Positions 16,390 to 25,570 of a stretch of 30,276 bases of DNA are shown here, piece by piece (position 1 is the stretch's first letter; the number at the start of each line of letters is the position of its first letter). The position numbers and the translations under genes are program-made. The DNA comes from a virus (Duplodnaviria > Caudoviricetes), in IMG/VR virus record IMGVR_UViG_3300032212_000113, positions 1-30,276 of that record; one strand, 5' to 3'. Below the pieces are notes generated by a model, which was not told the DNA's origin, ran no database searches, and saw nothing but the letters and a program-made list of their open reading frames with translations.

Positions 16390-16433
16390 GTTTTTCTCCA
16401 ATGTGAGCGGGGCTCATGCCCCTAGACCCTCAC

Positions 16434-16462
16434 AAGATGGCACACCTTACACCGCATGTAAA
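16434..16462 (-). promoter_or_regulatory. Early-type promoter P2 with operator palindrome
   Basis: Minus strand TTTACA-N17-CATCTT; same layout as P1. Confidence 0.7.
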
Positions 16463-16486
16463 CCCCCTTACATGTTCTGGCCCGGC

Positions 16487-16515
16487 TTGCTCTTATTTCG
16501 CAAGCGGGTTATCTT
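16487..16515 (+). promoter_or_regulatory. Candidate promoter for the scaffold/capsid operon
   Basis: TTGCTC-N17-TATCTT, 40 nt upstream of the scaffold gene. Confidence 0.45.
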
Positions 16516-16554
16516 GCGCCGCATTCACGCCCGAGGGGCGGCTAAGGGTAAGGA

Positions 16555-17211
16555 ATGAATATGTCAGACGAAAACGACACAAAAGAAGCGCTCGACGCGG
16601 CCATCGCGGAGGCAACGGCGGGTTTAAAAGCCAAGAACGATGAGCTACTTGGCAAGCTCAAGAAGGAAAAGGACGGCCGTTCGGACCTTCAAAAGCAAAT
16701 CGACGAGTTGGCGGAGGCCCGCCAGCAAGCCGAAGAGGCGGCGGCGGAAAAAGAAGGCGATATTGAGAAGCTTCGTTCTCAATTGGAGGCCCGCTTCGAA
16801 AAGGACCGGGAGAAACTCCGGACGGACTTGGAAGCCGAAAAGAGCGTTAACCGCAAGCTGCTGGTGGATAATGGCTTGACCAACGCCCTGACGGGGGCCG
16901 GCGTCAAAAAGGAATTTGTCCCGGCGGTAAAATCGCTGATCCAGAGCGCCAACGAGATCGACCTCGTGGACGCAGACGGACAGCGCTCTGCTCAGATTAA
17001 CGGGCAGGGGATCAAGGATTTCGTTGCGCTTTGGGCGCAATCAGATCAGGGTAAGCACTTCGTAGCCGCCCCTGAAAACTCTGGCGGCGGGGCTAATGGC
17101 TCCGGCAACGGCACTCCCCAAGGGAAAACGATGAAGCGCGAAGCGTTTAATCAGCTCCACCCCCGCGAACAATCGCGGGTCAAATTGGATGGGGTCCAAG
17201 TCGTCGACTAG
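16555..17211 (+). CDS. Capsid scaffolding protein (start 16555 or 16561)
   Basis: GLKAKNDELLG coiled coil, LLVDNGLTNAL, NSGGGANG; precedes capsid gene. Confidence 0.85.
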   Translation: MNMSDENDTKEALDAAIAEATAGLKAKNDELLGKLKKEKDGRSDLQKQIDELAEARQQAEEAAAEKEGDIEKLRSQLEARFEKDREKLRTDLEAEKSVNRKLLVDNGLTNALTGAGVKKEFVPAVKSLIQSANEIDLVDADGQRSAQINGQGIKDFVALWAQSDQGKHFVAAPENSGGGANGSGNGTPQGKTMKREAFNQLHPREQSRVKLDGVQVVD

Positions 17212-17248
17212 CCCCTGATTGATTACGCCAGCGAAAGGAATTTTTCTC

Positions 17249-18394
17249 ATGGCAAACGTTCTTAACGATCTGGAGAACGATATCTTCAAGGCCGCTGATC
17301 GGGTTGGCCGCGAAGCAGTCGGTTTCATCCCCTCAGTTACCGTCAATGCGGACGGTTCCGAACAAGCCGCGGTTGGCGATGATGTGCGCTCGCACTTCAC
17401 CCGCGCCGCTGCTGCTGCTGATATCACGCCGTCCATGACGATCCCGGAAGGGACCGATCAGACGGTGGACAGCAAGACGCTTTCCATCACGCACCAGCGC
17501 CACGTTCCTATTCCCTACACCGGGGAAGATATCAAGCACCTGAACAATGGCTCCGGGTTTGAAACGGTCTATGGCGATCAACTCGAACAGGCCATGCGTG
17601 CGCTGGTCAACGAGATTGAAGAAGACCTCGCCATTGAGGCGTATCAGAACGCTTCCCGCGCATTCGGCACGGCAGGCACCACGCCGTTCGGTTCCAATTT
17701 CGACGAAATCGCAGAAATCCGTCAAATCTTGCTGGACAATGGCGCTCCGGTGAACGATGGCCGCCTGTCGATGATCCTTTCAACCACGGCCGGGACCAAC
17801 CTTCGCCAGCTTGCACAGTTGCAGAAGGCCAACGAGGCCGGCTCCGACCGCTTGCTGCGTCAGGGCACCCTGCTCGACTTGCAGGGCTTCATGTTGAAGG
17901 AAAGCGCACAGGCGCAATCCCACACGAAGGGCACGGGCACCAGCTACCTGTTGAACGATGCGTCCTCGGCTATTGGTGACACCACCATTGCAGCGGACAC
18001 GGGCTCAGGCACGATCCTTGCAGGTGATGTTGTTACCTTCGCGGGAACGGCTCACAAGTATGTTGTGAACACCGCCCTCGCGGGTGGATCGTTCGCCATT
18101 GGCGCACCCGGCCTCAAGGTTGCCGAAGCTGATAACGACGCCATCACTGTTGGCGACAGCTTTACCGCAAACGTGGCCCTGCACCAATCCGCTGTAGAGC
18201 TGGCCATGCGTGCGCCGGCCACGCCGCTGGGCGGTGATGCTGCCTCTGAAAGCCGCGTTTTCCAAGACGCCCACTCGGGCCTCATCTTTGAAGTCTCTGT
18301 CTACAAGGGCTTCAAGAAAGCAATGATTTCGGTCGGCGCTGTGTGGGGTGAGAAGGCTTGGAAGCCGGACAACATCGCCCTGCTGCTCGGCTAG
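17249..18394 (+). CDS. Major capsid protein (P22 coat-like family)
   Basis: AAAGGA RBS, MANVLNDL; QAMRALVNEIE, C-terminal WGEKAWKPDNIALLLG; strong codon bias. Confidence 0.9.
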   Translation: MANVLNDLENDIFKAADRVGREAVGFIPSVTVNADGSEQAAVGDDVRSHFTRAAAAADITPSMTIPEGTDQTVDSKTLSITHQRHVPIPYTGEDIKHLNNGSGFETVYGDQLEQAMRALVNEIEEDLAIEAYQNASRAFGTAGTTPFGSNFDEIAEIRQILLDNGAPVNDGRLSMILSTTAGTNLRQLAQLQKANEAGSDRLLRQGTLLDLQGFMLKESAQAQSHTKGTGTSYLLNDASSAIGDTTIAADTGSGTILAGDVVTFAGTAHKYVVNTALAGGSFAIGAPGLKVAEADNDAITVGDSFTANVALHQSAVELAMRAPATPLGGDAASESRVFQDAHSGLIFEVSVYKGFKKAMISVGAVWGEKAWKPDNIALLLG

Positions 18395-18406
18395 GGCTTT
18401 CTCCCG

Positions 18407-18449
18407 CCGGGGGGAGTTTCGGCTCCTCCCGGTGTTCCCTTTTCTTCTT
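18407..18449 (+). terminator. Intrinsic terminator after the capsid gene
   Basis: CCGGGGGGAGT-TTCG-GCTCCTCCCGG stem-loop followed by a T-rich run. Confidence 0.7.
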
Positions 18450-18467
18450 AATTGAATGAGGTTCAAG

Positions 18468-18671
18468 ATGGCACAGCCAAAGAAGATCGAAACTGTCTAC
18501 GTGGCGGTCCCAGAAAATGAGCGTGCAGGATTTGCCCGCATCAACAAATCCGACCTGAAAAAGGGCCAGCGTGTGCTTACCGCGGCCGAGGTCGAAAAAC
18601 TACAGGCCGGCGAAGCGTTGCCGGCGAAAAAAGCCCCGGCCAAGCGAAAGGCCCCGGCAAAGAAAAAATAG
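18468..18671 (+). CDS. Small Lys/Ala-rich virion-associated protein
   Basis: GAGG RBS; RINKSD motif; PAKK repeats. Confidence 0.7.
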   Translation: MAQPKKIETVYVAVPENERAGFARINKSDLKKGQRVLTAAEVEKLQAGEALPAKKAPAKRKAPAKKK

Positions 18672-18679
18672 GATGAAGC

Positions 18680-19186
18680 ATGGCGCTCATAACCGAGGAT
18701 GGAACCGGCCTATCTACCGCTGAAAGCTATCTTTCGGTCGAGGATGCTGACACCTATTGGTCAAATCGGAATGATAGCGTCTGGAGCGCGGCCGCAACGC
18801 CGGCCAAGGAAGCCGCCTTGCGGAAGGCCACGCAATTCCTCGATGCTACTTTTATCTGGATTGGCGCCCTGCACGATACCGCTCAGGCTCTGAATTGGCC
18901 GCGTTCCGGGGCCTATGACCCGGAAGATCGGCAACTGGACAACTCCGTTCCGGTCATGGTGGAAAACGCCACCGCGGAATTGGCTTTGGAGGCTATCAGT
19001 TCGGCGCTTGTGTCGACACAGTCCCGGGACGATCAGGTTAAAAAGGCGCAAGCCGGCTCGGTTTCGGTCGAGTATGAAGATGGCGCGTCCTTCCAGAAAT
19101 CTTACGCCTTGGCGGAACGCATCGTGGCGCCTCTCGTCATTGGCCGCTATGGAGGGGGCGCGAACGTTCGCCTCACACTCTCCTGA
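18680..19186 (+). CDS. Head-tail adaptor (DnaT-like annotated family)
   Basis: LITEDGTGL..AESYLSVEDADTY, ALRKATQFLD, QALNWPR, GSVSVEY. Confidence 0.85.
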   Translation: MALITEDGTGLSTAESYLSVEDADTYWSNRNDSVWSAAATPAKEAALRKATQFLDATFIWIGALHDTAQALNWPRSGAYDPEDRQLDNSVPVMVENATAELALEAISSALVSTQSRDDQVKKAQAGSVSVEYEDGASFQKSYALAERIVAPLVIGRYGGGANVRLTLS

Positions 19187-19545
19187 TGGCCTTGCTCGAT
19201 AACCTCCCGGAAACGATTTACAACGGCGTGAATAGCCTTGGAGGCACCGCTTGGGACATGACCCTGTCCAAGCGCGGCGCGGCCACGAAAGATGCCTATG
19301 GGGCAACCTCACGCGCCGCGGACACGGATTATTCCGGTCGGGGGTTTGTGGAGGATTATTCGGACGCTGCCCGGGCGCAAGGCGGTATCCCGATCAGTGA
19401 CCGGAAAGCGATTTTGTTGGCGTTTAGTTTCAGCGTCGATCCGGCGGCCGGGGATACCTTGACCGCTGAAAGCGTCGACTACACGATTGTTTCAGTTGCC
19501 CGCGATCCCGCGGAGGCGACGTGGGTTTGTCAGGTGAGGGCATAG
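19186..19545 (+). CDS. Head closure/stopper protein
   Basis: Position and size; I..SDRKAIL, P..GDTL, DPAEATWVCQVR. Confidence 0.75.
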   Translation: MALLDNLPETIYNGVNSLGGTAWDMTLSKRGAATKDAYGATSRAADTDYSGRGFVEDYSDAARAQGGIPISDRKAILLAFSFSVDPAAGDTLTAESVDYTIVSVARDPAEATWVCQVRA

Positions 19546-19546
19546 A

Positions 19547-20770
19547 ATGGCGATTACATCAGACTTCGCAAATGTCGCGACGGTCACGCGGGCGTCCAAA
19601 CATTTTTATCCGGATTGGGACTGGACCTCCGGCGGGGCGGTCGGGGCGCTGACCGAGTTCGCGAGCGGCGTTGCGGCAATCGGCCCGCGCGGCACCCTTG
19701 TTGAGCCCGCGATTACGAATTACGCGACGGCGGTTCGCATGGAGGGCGACCTTGGGGCCTACAATCTCCCGGCGGGTGCAGAGATTTACAATGTCGGCGG
19801 TTTCACTTTCACCAAGGCCAACCAGACGACCGAAAACGGCTGGCCGGGAATGGAGGCAAAATACGTCATAGCGTCCGGCGCGGCATATCACGAGTTTCTG
19901 TTTGCGCCTCGCGCGACCAAATCCATGTCGGCGGGCGAGTATTATTGCAATTCGGTGTGCGTCGAGATCGTGGCGGGAAGCCTCACGAATGTCGATAAGG
20001 TTGAATTGACGCTTCACGAGTTTAATGCGGGCGGCGTATCGCAAAACACGAGCGTCCTTGATATTTCGGGAACGCTGGACGCAACGCGCAGGCGGTTTTA
20101 TCTGACGCGCGTCATGACCGGCGGCGGCTCGGCTGTTGATACTATGGGGGGCATTCGGATCACGTCGGACGGCGTTGGTGCTGTTGATCTCACGCTCCGG
20201 ATATCCGCGCCTCAATTCGAGAACAACAACTCACCGACGTCGCCAATGATGCCGGACAGCGGGACCGCTGCAACGGCTCGCGCGGCGAGCATTTACAATG
20301 TCGATGCAGGCTCATGGTTTGATGCAGACGCGGCAACGCTTTATGTTGAGGCGGTTCCGCATATTGAGGACACGACGGCTCCAAAGTTCCCGACGGCATC
20401 GACGCCATTTGTGGCGGCAATCTCGAAAACGGCTAACACGGATTACATTGCGTTTTATCAATCCGGCGCTCTCATGGTGCCCTATGTCGTCGCGGGCGGC
20501 GTCGGCATCGCGTTCGGATCATCGTCCACATCGTTTACTGTCGGGACGTCAATCAAAGGCGCAATTGCTTACGCTCCGGATGACATGGCGGCGTCCATGA
20601 CAGGGGCAACGCAAGTGACCGATAGCGGCGGGCAATGGGCTGCTGATCCCACATCGCTCGGCATCGGGAATGTTTTCTCCGGCGGCACTTGGTCGGGCTT
20701 TATTACCGACATTGAGTTTTGGCCCCGGCGTCTGTCGAATGCCGAGCTTGAGGCTCTGGTCGGGAATTAG
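19547..20770 (+). CDS. Lectin-like (ConA/LamG plus carbohydrate-binding) spike/fibre protein, GhsB-like
   Basis: TVTRAS...GTLVEPAITN; PQFENNNSPTSP...ATARAA; C-terminal FWPRRLSNAELEAL. Confidence 0.65.
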   Translation: MAITSDFANVATVTRASKHFYPDWDWTSGGAVGALTEFASGVAAIGPRGTLVEPAITNYATAVRMEGDLGAYNLPAGAEIYNVGGFTFTKANQTTENGWPGMEAKYVIASGAAYHEFLFAPRATKSMSAGEYYCNSVCVEIVAGSLTNVDKVELTLHEFNAGGVSQNTSVLDISGTLDATRRRFYLTRVMTGGGSAVDTMGGIRITSDGVGAVDLTLRISAPQFENNNSPTSPMMPDSGTAATARAASIYNVDAGSWFDADAATLYVEAVPHIEDTTAPKFPTASTPFVAAISKTANTDYIAFYQSGALMVPYVVAGGVGIAFGSSSTSFTVGTSIKGAIAYAPDDMAASMTGATQVTDSGGQWAADPTSLGIGNVFSGGTWSGFITDIEFWPRRLSNAELEALVGN

Positions 20771-20781
20771 GAGGCAGGATA

Positions 20782-21084
20782 ATGTCTAGCGGTTATTTTT
20801 ACGCTTATGCGAGCAAGGCGGGAGCCAAGCAATCGCGTCCCGGCTGGTTTGGCGAGGATGCGCTTTCCGGTGAGGACATGCTTTTGGAGCCTCGCATTCT
20901 GATCTCTACCGGCGGCGTTTGGCTTCAAAAGCCAACCGTATCTATCGATGCCGATCAGGAGCCCGCCGCGTTTGTCACGACCGATGCGGGGGAGCGCTCG
21001 GCCCCCTATGTTATCCTTTCCCCGGAAGAAGATGGCCCGCCCGGCAAGTTGATCGCTCCGGCGGGTGTTCAGGGGTTCTCATGA
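20782..21084 (+). CDS. Hypothetical protein, possible fibre chaperone/accessory
   Basis: Strong RBS; directly follows the fibre gene; ATGA overlap with next gene. Confidence 0.65.
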   Translation: MSSGYFYAYASKAGAKQSRPGWFGEDALSGEDMLLEPRILISTGGVWLQKPTVSIDADQEPAAFVTTDAGERSAPYVILSPEEDGPPGKLIAPAGVQGFS

Positions 21085-21506
21085 GCTTTGGGCTAGATGT
21101 TAGAGGAGTGGAGGCGTTGCGCGTCAATCTCCAGAAAATGGAACGGGACGCTCGCCGCCGCCTTATCCGGGAGGCGTCGCATACGGCTGCGGTGGATTTG
21201 CAGGCTCGTATTGTCGAGAACATCAACAGCGGCCCCGCAACGGGCCGGCCGCGTGGGGATGGCTCGCGAGGTTCCGCCGCAGGAGAATACCCCATGGCGG
21301 ACACCAACACCTTGGCCAGCATGGTTGACGTGGACCGCACACCACACGGCGCAAGCGTTGTGTCCCGGGCGGAATACTCCAAGGCTCTGGAATACAAACC
21401 GGCGAGCCGTGGGGGCCGGCCTTTCATGTCCCGGGCGCTGAACGAGAACAAGCAACGCATTCACGATGTCGTGAATTGGGCGGCTGTCCGCCTGTTCGGG
21501 GTGTAG
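21081..21506 (+). CDS. HK97 gp10-like tail completion protein
   Basis: SAAGEYPMADTNTLAS, YSKALEY, RPFMSRAL. Confidence 0.85.
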   Translation: MSFGLDVRGVEALRVNLQKMERDARRRLIREASHTAAVDLQARIVENINSGPATGRPRGDGSRGSAAGEYPMADTNTLASMVDVDRTPHGASVVSRAEYSKALEYKPASRGGRPFMSRALNENKQRIHDVVNWAAVRLFGV

Positions 21507-21509
21507 CGC

Positions 21510-22046
21510 ATGACCGCCCTGCTCCCCCTCATAAGGACTATGATTGAAGGCTTGGACGGCGACGGCCTGTTGCAGCAACAGATGGGCGGCACGCTCTACA
21601 CCTTCGCCTATGAGGCGCCGGACGATCAGGCTTTCCCGTTTATCACGGTTGAGCCGATCTCCATGCTGGATTGGTCCGCGGGCAATTTTGACGGGGACGA
21701 TATCCAGATGCGGGTTCACGCGACATTCAAGCGCGGCGGCCCGGCGGATAACACGGGATACACAGATGTAGCCAAGGCTTGCGAGCGTATCCGATCGGTC
21801 CTAGCTGGCCGGGACGGGTTCAATCTTGCAGAAAGCCCTATGGAGGGCGCTTCGCTTACCTTGGACTTCACAACCGGCCCTATTCGCGTTGAGCCGTCCA
21901 CGGACAGGCGCTTGGTCATGTTCCGGTATCAGGGAACGGAAATTATCCCCGGCCTTCTGGACGCGGCTGAGGGCGGCGGTGGGGCGTCTTCTAATTCAAT
22001 AACGGGCGTGGTAACTTTCCGCGCACTCATCGGACCGGCCAACTGA
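21510..22046 (+). CDS. Tail terminator (DUF3168/SPP1 gp17-like) with an insertion
   Basis: YEAPDDQAFPFITV...DWS...G; GVVTFRALI; precedes tail tube. Confidence 0.75.
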   Translation: MTALLPLIRTMIEGLDGDGLLQQQMGGTLYTFAYEAPDDQAFPFITVEPISMLDWSAGNFDGDDIQMRVHATFKRGGPADNTGYTDVAKACERIRSVLAGRDGFNLAESPMEGASLTLDFTTGPIRVEPSTDRRLVMFRYQGTEIIPGLLDAAEGGGGASSNSITGVVTFRALIGPAN

Positions 22047-22059
22047 AAGGAACAGAACC

Positions 22060-22476
22060 ATGGCTGCACAGCTCGGCAAGGCATACTTGCTCAAAATTGG
22101 CGATGGTGGAGGCACGGAAGCCTTTACCGCGATTGCGGGGATGCGGACCATCCGTGTTTCCCGGAACCGTCGCCCCATCGACATTACAAACGCGGACAGC
22201 TCGGGCAATGCCCGGGAGTTGTTGACCGCCGGCGGCGTGAAAGAGGCAACGGTTTCGTTTACCGGCGTCTTCACGGACGGCGCGACCGACAGCACGCTGG
22301 AAACGGATTTTGAGGCTGGCACGCTTCGGAATTTCGAAATCGTCATTCCTGATTTCGGCACCTATACCGGCGCGTTTGTCATCACCCGCTTGGATCATGA
22401 AGCTGGTTACGAGGCGGAAGGCACCTTCTCAATCGAATTGACCAGCGGCGATGCGTGGTCGTTCTCGGCCGCGTAA
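22060..22476 (+). CDS. Major tail tube protein (TP901-1/GTA-like)
   Basis: MAAQLGKAYLLKIGDG, IDITNADS...RELL..GGVK, IPDFGTYTGAFVITRL. Confidence 0.92.
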   Translation: MAAQLGKAYLLKIGDGGGTEAFTAIAGMRTIRVSRNRRPIDITNADSSGNARELLTAGGVKEATVSFTGVFTDGATDSTLETDFEAGTLRNFEIVIPDFGTYTGAFVITRLDHEAGYEAEGTFSIELTSGDAWSFSAA

Positions 22477-22505
22477 AAGTTAACCAGTCGGCATAAGGTG
22501 CAGAC

Positions 22506-22829
22506 ATGACAAATAACGCACGCGGCGAAGTCGCGGTAGAAATTAACGGCGAACAATTCATTTTCGTTTCCACGCTCAGGGCTATGGCGGAAATCGAAGC
22601 AGACACCGGCATTGATTATCGCATGCTCCTGTCGAGTATGCGGAGTGGAATTTCAATGAAACACCTCTTGGCCTGTGCGGTTCGTTTCGCGCAAGCCGGG
22701 GGTGCGGTGGATACATCCGCCATTGAGACAGCTCGGGATGTTGGCCCCATCGCCAAGGGGGTCGCTGAGTGCATCAATGCGAGCATGCCTTCCTCGGGAA
22801 AAGCCGACGGGGGCGAGGCGAAGACCTAG
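22506..22829 (+). CDS. Tail assembly chaperone (gpG-like)
   Basis: NNARGEVAVEING...TLRAMAEIEA; between tube and tape measure. Confidence 0.85.
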   Translation: MTNNARGEVAVEINGEQFIFVSTLRAMAEIEADTGIDYRMLLSSMRSGISMKHLLACAVRFAQAGGAVDTSAIETARDVGPIAKGVAECINASMPSSGKADGGEAKT

Positions 22830-23041
22830 ACCATATCCCTTGGCAGGCTTGGATCAAGTTGGGCCTCGGGAAAATGGGCCTCCCCTCTCGTGACTTTTGG
22901 GCGCTTTCCCTGTTAGAGTGGATTTTGGCGGCTGAGGGCTTTGCCGAGTTTCACGGTGCAGGCGGGCCGGATGTTCCTACGCCGGATGAAATCCAAGCCG
23001 CTATAGAATGGGACGAAAAGCACAATGGCCAACGCGGGTGA
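22796..23041 (+). CDS. Tail assembly chaperone gpGT extension via -1 programmed frameshift
   Basis: Slippery G-GGA-AAA at 22796-22802 in the gpG frame; -1 frame continues GKSRRG...PWQAWIKLGLGKMGLPSRDFWALSLLEW. Confidence 0.8.
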   Translation, partial: GKSRRGRGEDLDHIPWQAWIKLGLGKMGLPSRDFWALSLLEWILAAEGFAEFHGAGGPDVPTPDEIQAAIEWDEKHNGQRG

Positions 23042-24875
23042 AGTCAAAGTCCACATTACCGGCGACATGCGTGACCTCCAAATTGCGCTCCGGAACGCAC
23101 AGCACGCAACGGGCCGGACAGCCAACAGCATGGAGCGCCAGTGGGGCGGCATGTTCCGCCGCCTTGGGGCCGCTGCGGCGGTTGCGGGTGTGGCCATTGC
23201 GGCGGGCATCGGGTTGGCGGTTCGCCAAGCTGCGGATGCGGAGGAAATCCGCTCCCGGTTTGATGCTGTTTTCGGGTATCTATCGGATGCCTCCCGGGCT
23301 TGGGCGCAGGAAACCGCGGACAATGTAAGCCGGTCCAGCATCGCGCTTGAACAATACATGTCCACCTTTCAGGATACGTTTGTTCCGCTGGGCGCCACTC
23401 GCCGGGAGGCCTCGTTATTCTCGCAGCAATTGACAACCCTCGCGGTTGATCTGGCCAGCTTCAACAACCAGTCAGAGCCGGAAACTGTCCGGGCGCTTCA
23501 ATCCGCCATTGTGGGGAACCATGAAACCGTCCGGCGTTATGGCGTCATAATCAACGAGGCGCGGCTGGAACAAGAGCTCCTGAATATGGGGTTCGCGGGT
23601 GGGCGTGAGGAAGCGGGCGAATTAGCGGCCGCTCAAGCCCGCCTGAACATCATTATGCGCGGCACGGCGGACGCCCAAGGCGATGCCGCCCGAACGTCTG
23701 ATGGCGCCACCAATCAATATCGGGCATTTTCGGCAGAAATCCGGGATGCGGCGGTGTCTATTGGTGAAGCCTTCATGCCGGCGGCTCAACAGATGATGGA
23801 GTGGGCACGGGATATCGTCCCGATGCTGGAAGACGTGGGCGTGGCCCTCGGTGAGATAACCTCTGATTATACAAATCTGTTCGATCGGTTGGGCCTCGCT
23901 ATGTTCTCGGAGGGGGCGGAGCGGGAAGTCTATGAGGCCGAGCAGCGCATAAGAGGCATGATCGGGCTGGTGGAAACCCTTGAGGGCCAGCTTCGGATGG
24001 GCCTTGTAACGGACGACCGCCGGGCGGGTGTAGAGGACTTTATCGACGAGCAGACGCGCCGCATCCGTCAGGAGATTGATTGGCTCCGGGAAATCTACGG
24101 CGTGGAGTGGTCCGGCCGGGAATTTGCCTCACCGCAAGAGGCCGTCGCCAGCGTGCAAAATGCTATCGATAGCTGGTTTGACTTCAATGGCCCCGGCGGT
24201 GGGAATACGCCGGTTGATCCGGATCGGGTTCTTGACCCGTTGCGGGGGGTTATCGATCTGGATGCAGCGCAGATGGAAAGCCAATTGATGGGGGCCTATT
24301 TCCGCGAAGGCGCGGTGACAATCCAAGAGGCATTGGACAACGCCAAGGAGGGGGGTAAGCAAGCATTTGACGCCCTTTCGGACGCTGCGGAGGAGGCGGC
24401 CAAGGCCATGGAGGAGGCTTTCGTCGACGGGGCAATGAAGGAAATGGAGGATGCCTTCGTTCAGTTTGTCAGAACCGGCCGCTTGGAGTTTACCAACCTG
24501 ATCGACTTCATGATTGCGGAGCTCGCCCGGCTGGCGTTCCAAGAATGGTTTGAAGGCCCCATCAACTCCATTTTCCGCACAGTTACCGGCATGGCCACAG
24601 GCACGTCCGGGGGCGACGTTGTGGACCTCGGGGCCAAGATAGCCGGGGCGCAATTGTCAGTAGCGAGCGCCCAAGGTGCCCGCGGTGCAGTCGCGCCGGC
24701 CGCGGCGGCGGCTCCCGTGCAGGTGGTCAACATCGATGCCCGTTACGCTACGGAAGGCACCGCGGAAATGATCCGCGCGGCTTTTGCTGCGGAAGGCCCA
24801 AGGCTGGTTCGCACTAGCGTCGACGCCTCTCTGTCCAGTATGTATGAAATGCAGCAATCTACGAGGGCCTACTGA
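23025..24875 (+). CDS. Tape measure protein (616 aa)
   Basis: Ala-rich helical; LAVDLASFNN, AQGDAARTSDG, C-terminal VVNIDAR. Confidence 0.92.
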   Translation: MANAGEVKVHITGDMRDLQIALRNAQHATGRTANSMERQWGGMFRRLGAAAAVAGVAIAAGIGLAVRQAADAEEIRSRFDAVFGYLSDASRAWAQETADNVSRSSIALEQYMSTFQDTFVPLGATRREASLFSQQLTTLAVDLASFNNQSEPETVRALQSAIVGNHETVRRYGVIINEARLEQELLNMGFAGGREEAGELAAAQARLNIIMRGTADAQGDAARTSDGATNQYRAFSAEIRDAAVSIGEAFMPAAQQMMEWARDIVPMLEDVGVALGEITSDYTNLFDRLGLAMFSEGAEREVYEAEQRIRGMIGLVETLEGQLRMGLVTDDRRAGVEDFIDEQTRRIRQEIDWLREIYGVEWSGREFASPQEAVASVQNAIDSWFDFNGPGGGNTPVDPDRVLDPLRGVIDLDAAQMESQLMGAYFREGAVTIQEALDNAKEGGKQAFDALSDAAEEAAKAMEEAFVDGAMKEMEDAFVQFVRTGRLEFTNLIDFMIAELARLAFQEWFEGPINSIFRTVTGMATGTSGGDVVDLGAKIAGAQLSVASAQGARGAVAPAAAAAPVQVVNIDARYATEGTAEMIRAAFAAEGPRLVRTSVDASLSSMYEMQQSTRAY

Positions 24876-25570
24876 TGCCAGAAGCAATCCCCTCCTCTCC
24901 GGGACCGCGTTCGGTCAATGTCCGGTTTGTGTCCAATTCGGCAACATACCCCTCCCCCATTTCCGGGGTCACTCAGGTTGCCGCCCGTTTCGGCGGTGTG
25001 TGGGAAGTGGAATACTCCATGCCGCCCCTCACCCGGAAGCAGGCCGGGGAGTGGCTCGGTCTGTTGACGAAGTTGAACGGCGGGGAGGATACGGTTTACA
25101 TCGGGCCGCACTGTCCGCGTCCTGTCGATTATTACGACGCAGGCCGACCCATTGGGCATCCTCATGCAACCTCTTTGTCTCTCAATTTCGTGACCGGCGA
25201 ATACGCCTTGCGGTGGGTGACGACGCCAACGCCCCTGATCAATGGCGGCTCTCAAACTGGAACCTCTCTGGTGACGGATGGCTGGTCAGAGGGCGACGGC
25301 CTCAATGCCGGGGATTACATCTGCTTTGAGAACGGCACCTTCCGGGAGTTACATGTTGTTACGGCCCCTTGCTTTGCCGACAGCAACGGAGACATGACCA
25401 TTCCCATTGCCCCCCGTATTCGCCGGTCACCGACAGATAACGTGGCGGTGACAATCGTGAATGCGACAGGCGAGTTCTTGCCGGCTGATGCGGCGCAAGC
25501 TGCGGAGCAATTTGCAGGCCATCAGGGAACGCGATCGATTACAGCGAAATTCCGGGAGCGGCTTCTGTGA
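24875..25570 (+). CDS. Distal tail (Dit-like) protein
   Basis: Follows tape measure (TGATG); SPISGVTQV...WEVEY, NGGSQTG, IPIAPRIR. Confidence 0.7.
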   Translation: MPEAIPSSPGPRSVNVRFVSNSATYPSPISGVTQVAARFGGVWEVEYSMPPLTRKQAGEWLGLLTKLNGGEDTVYIGPHCPRPVDYYDAGRPIGHPHATSLSLNFVTGEYALRWVTTPTPLINGGSQTGTSLVTDGWSEGDGLNAGDYICFENGTFRELHVVTAPCFADSNGDMTIPIAPRIRRSPTDNVAVTIVNATGEFLPADAAQAAEQFAGHQGTRSITAKFRERLL

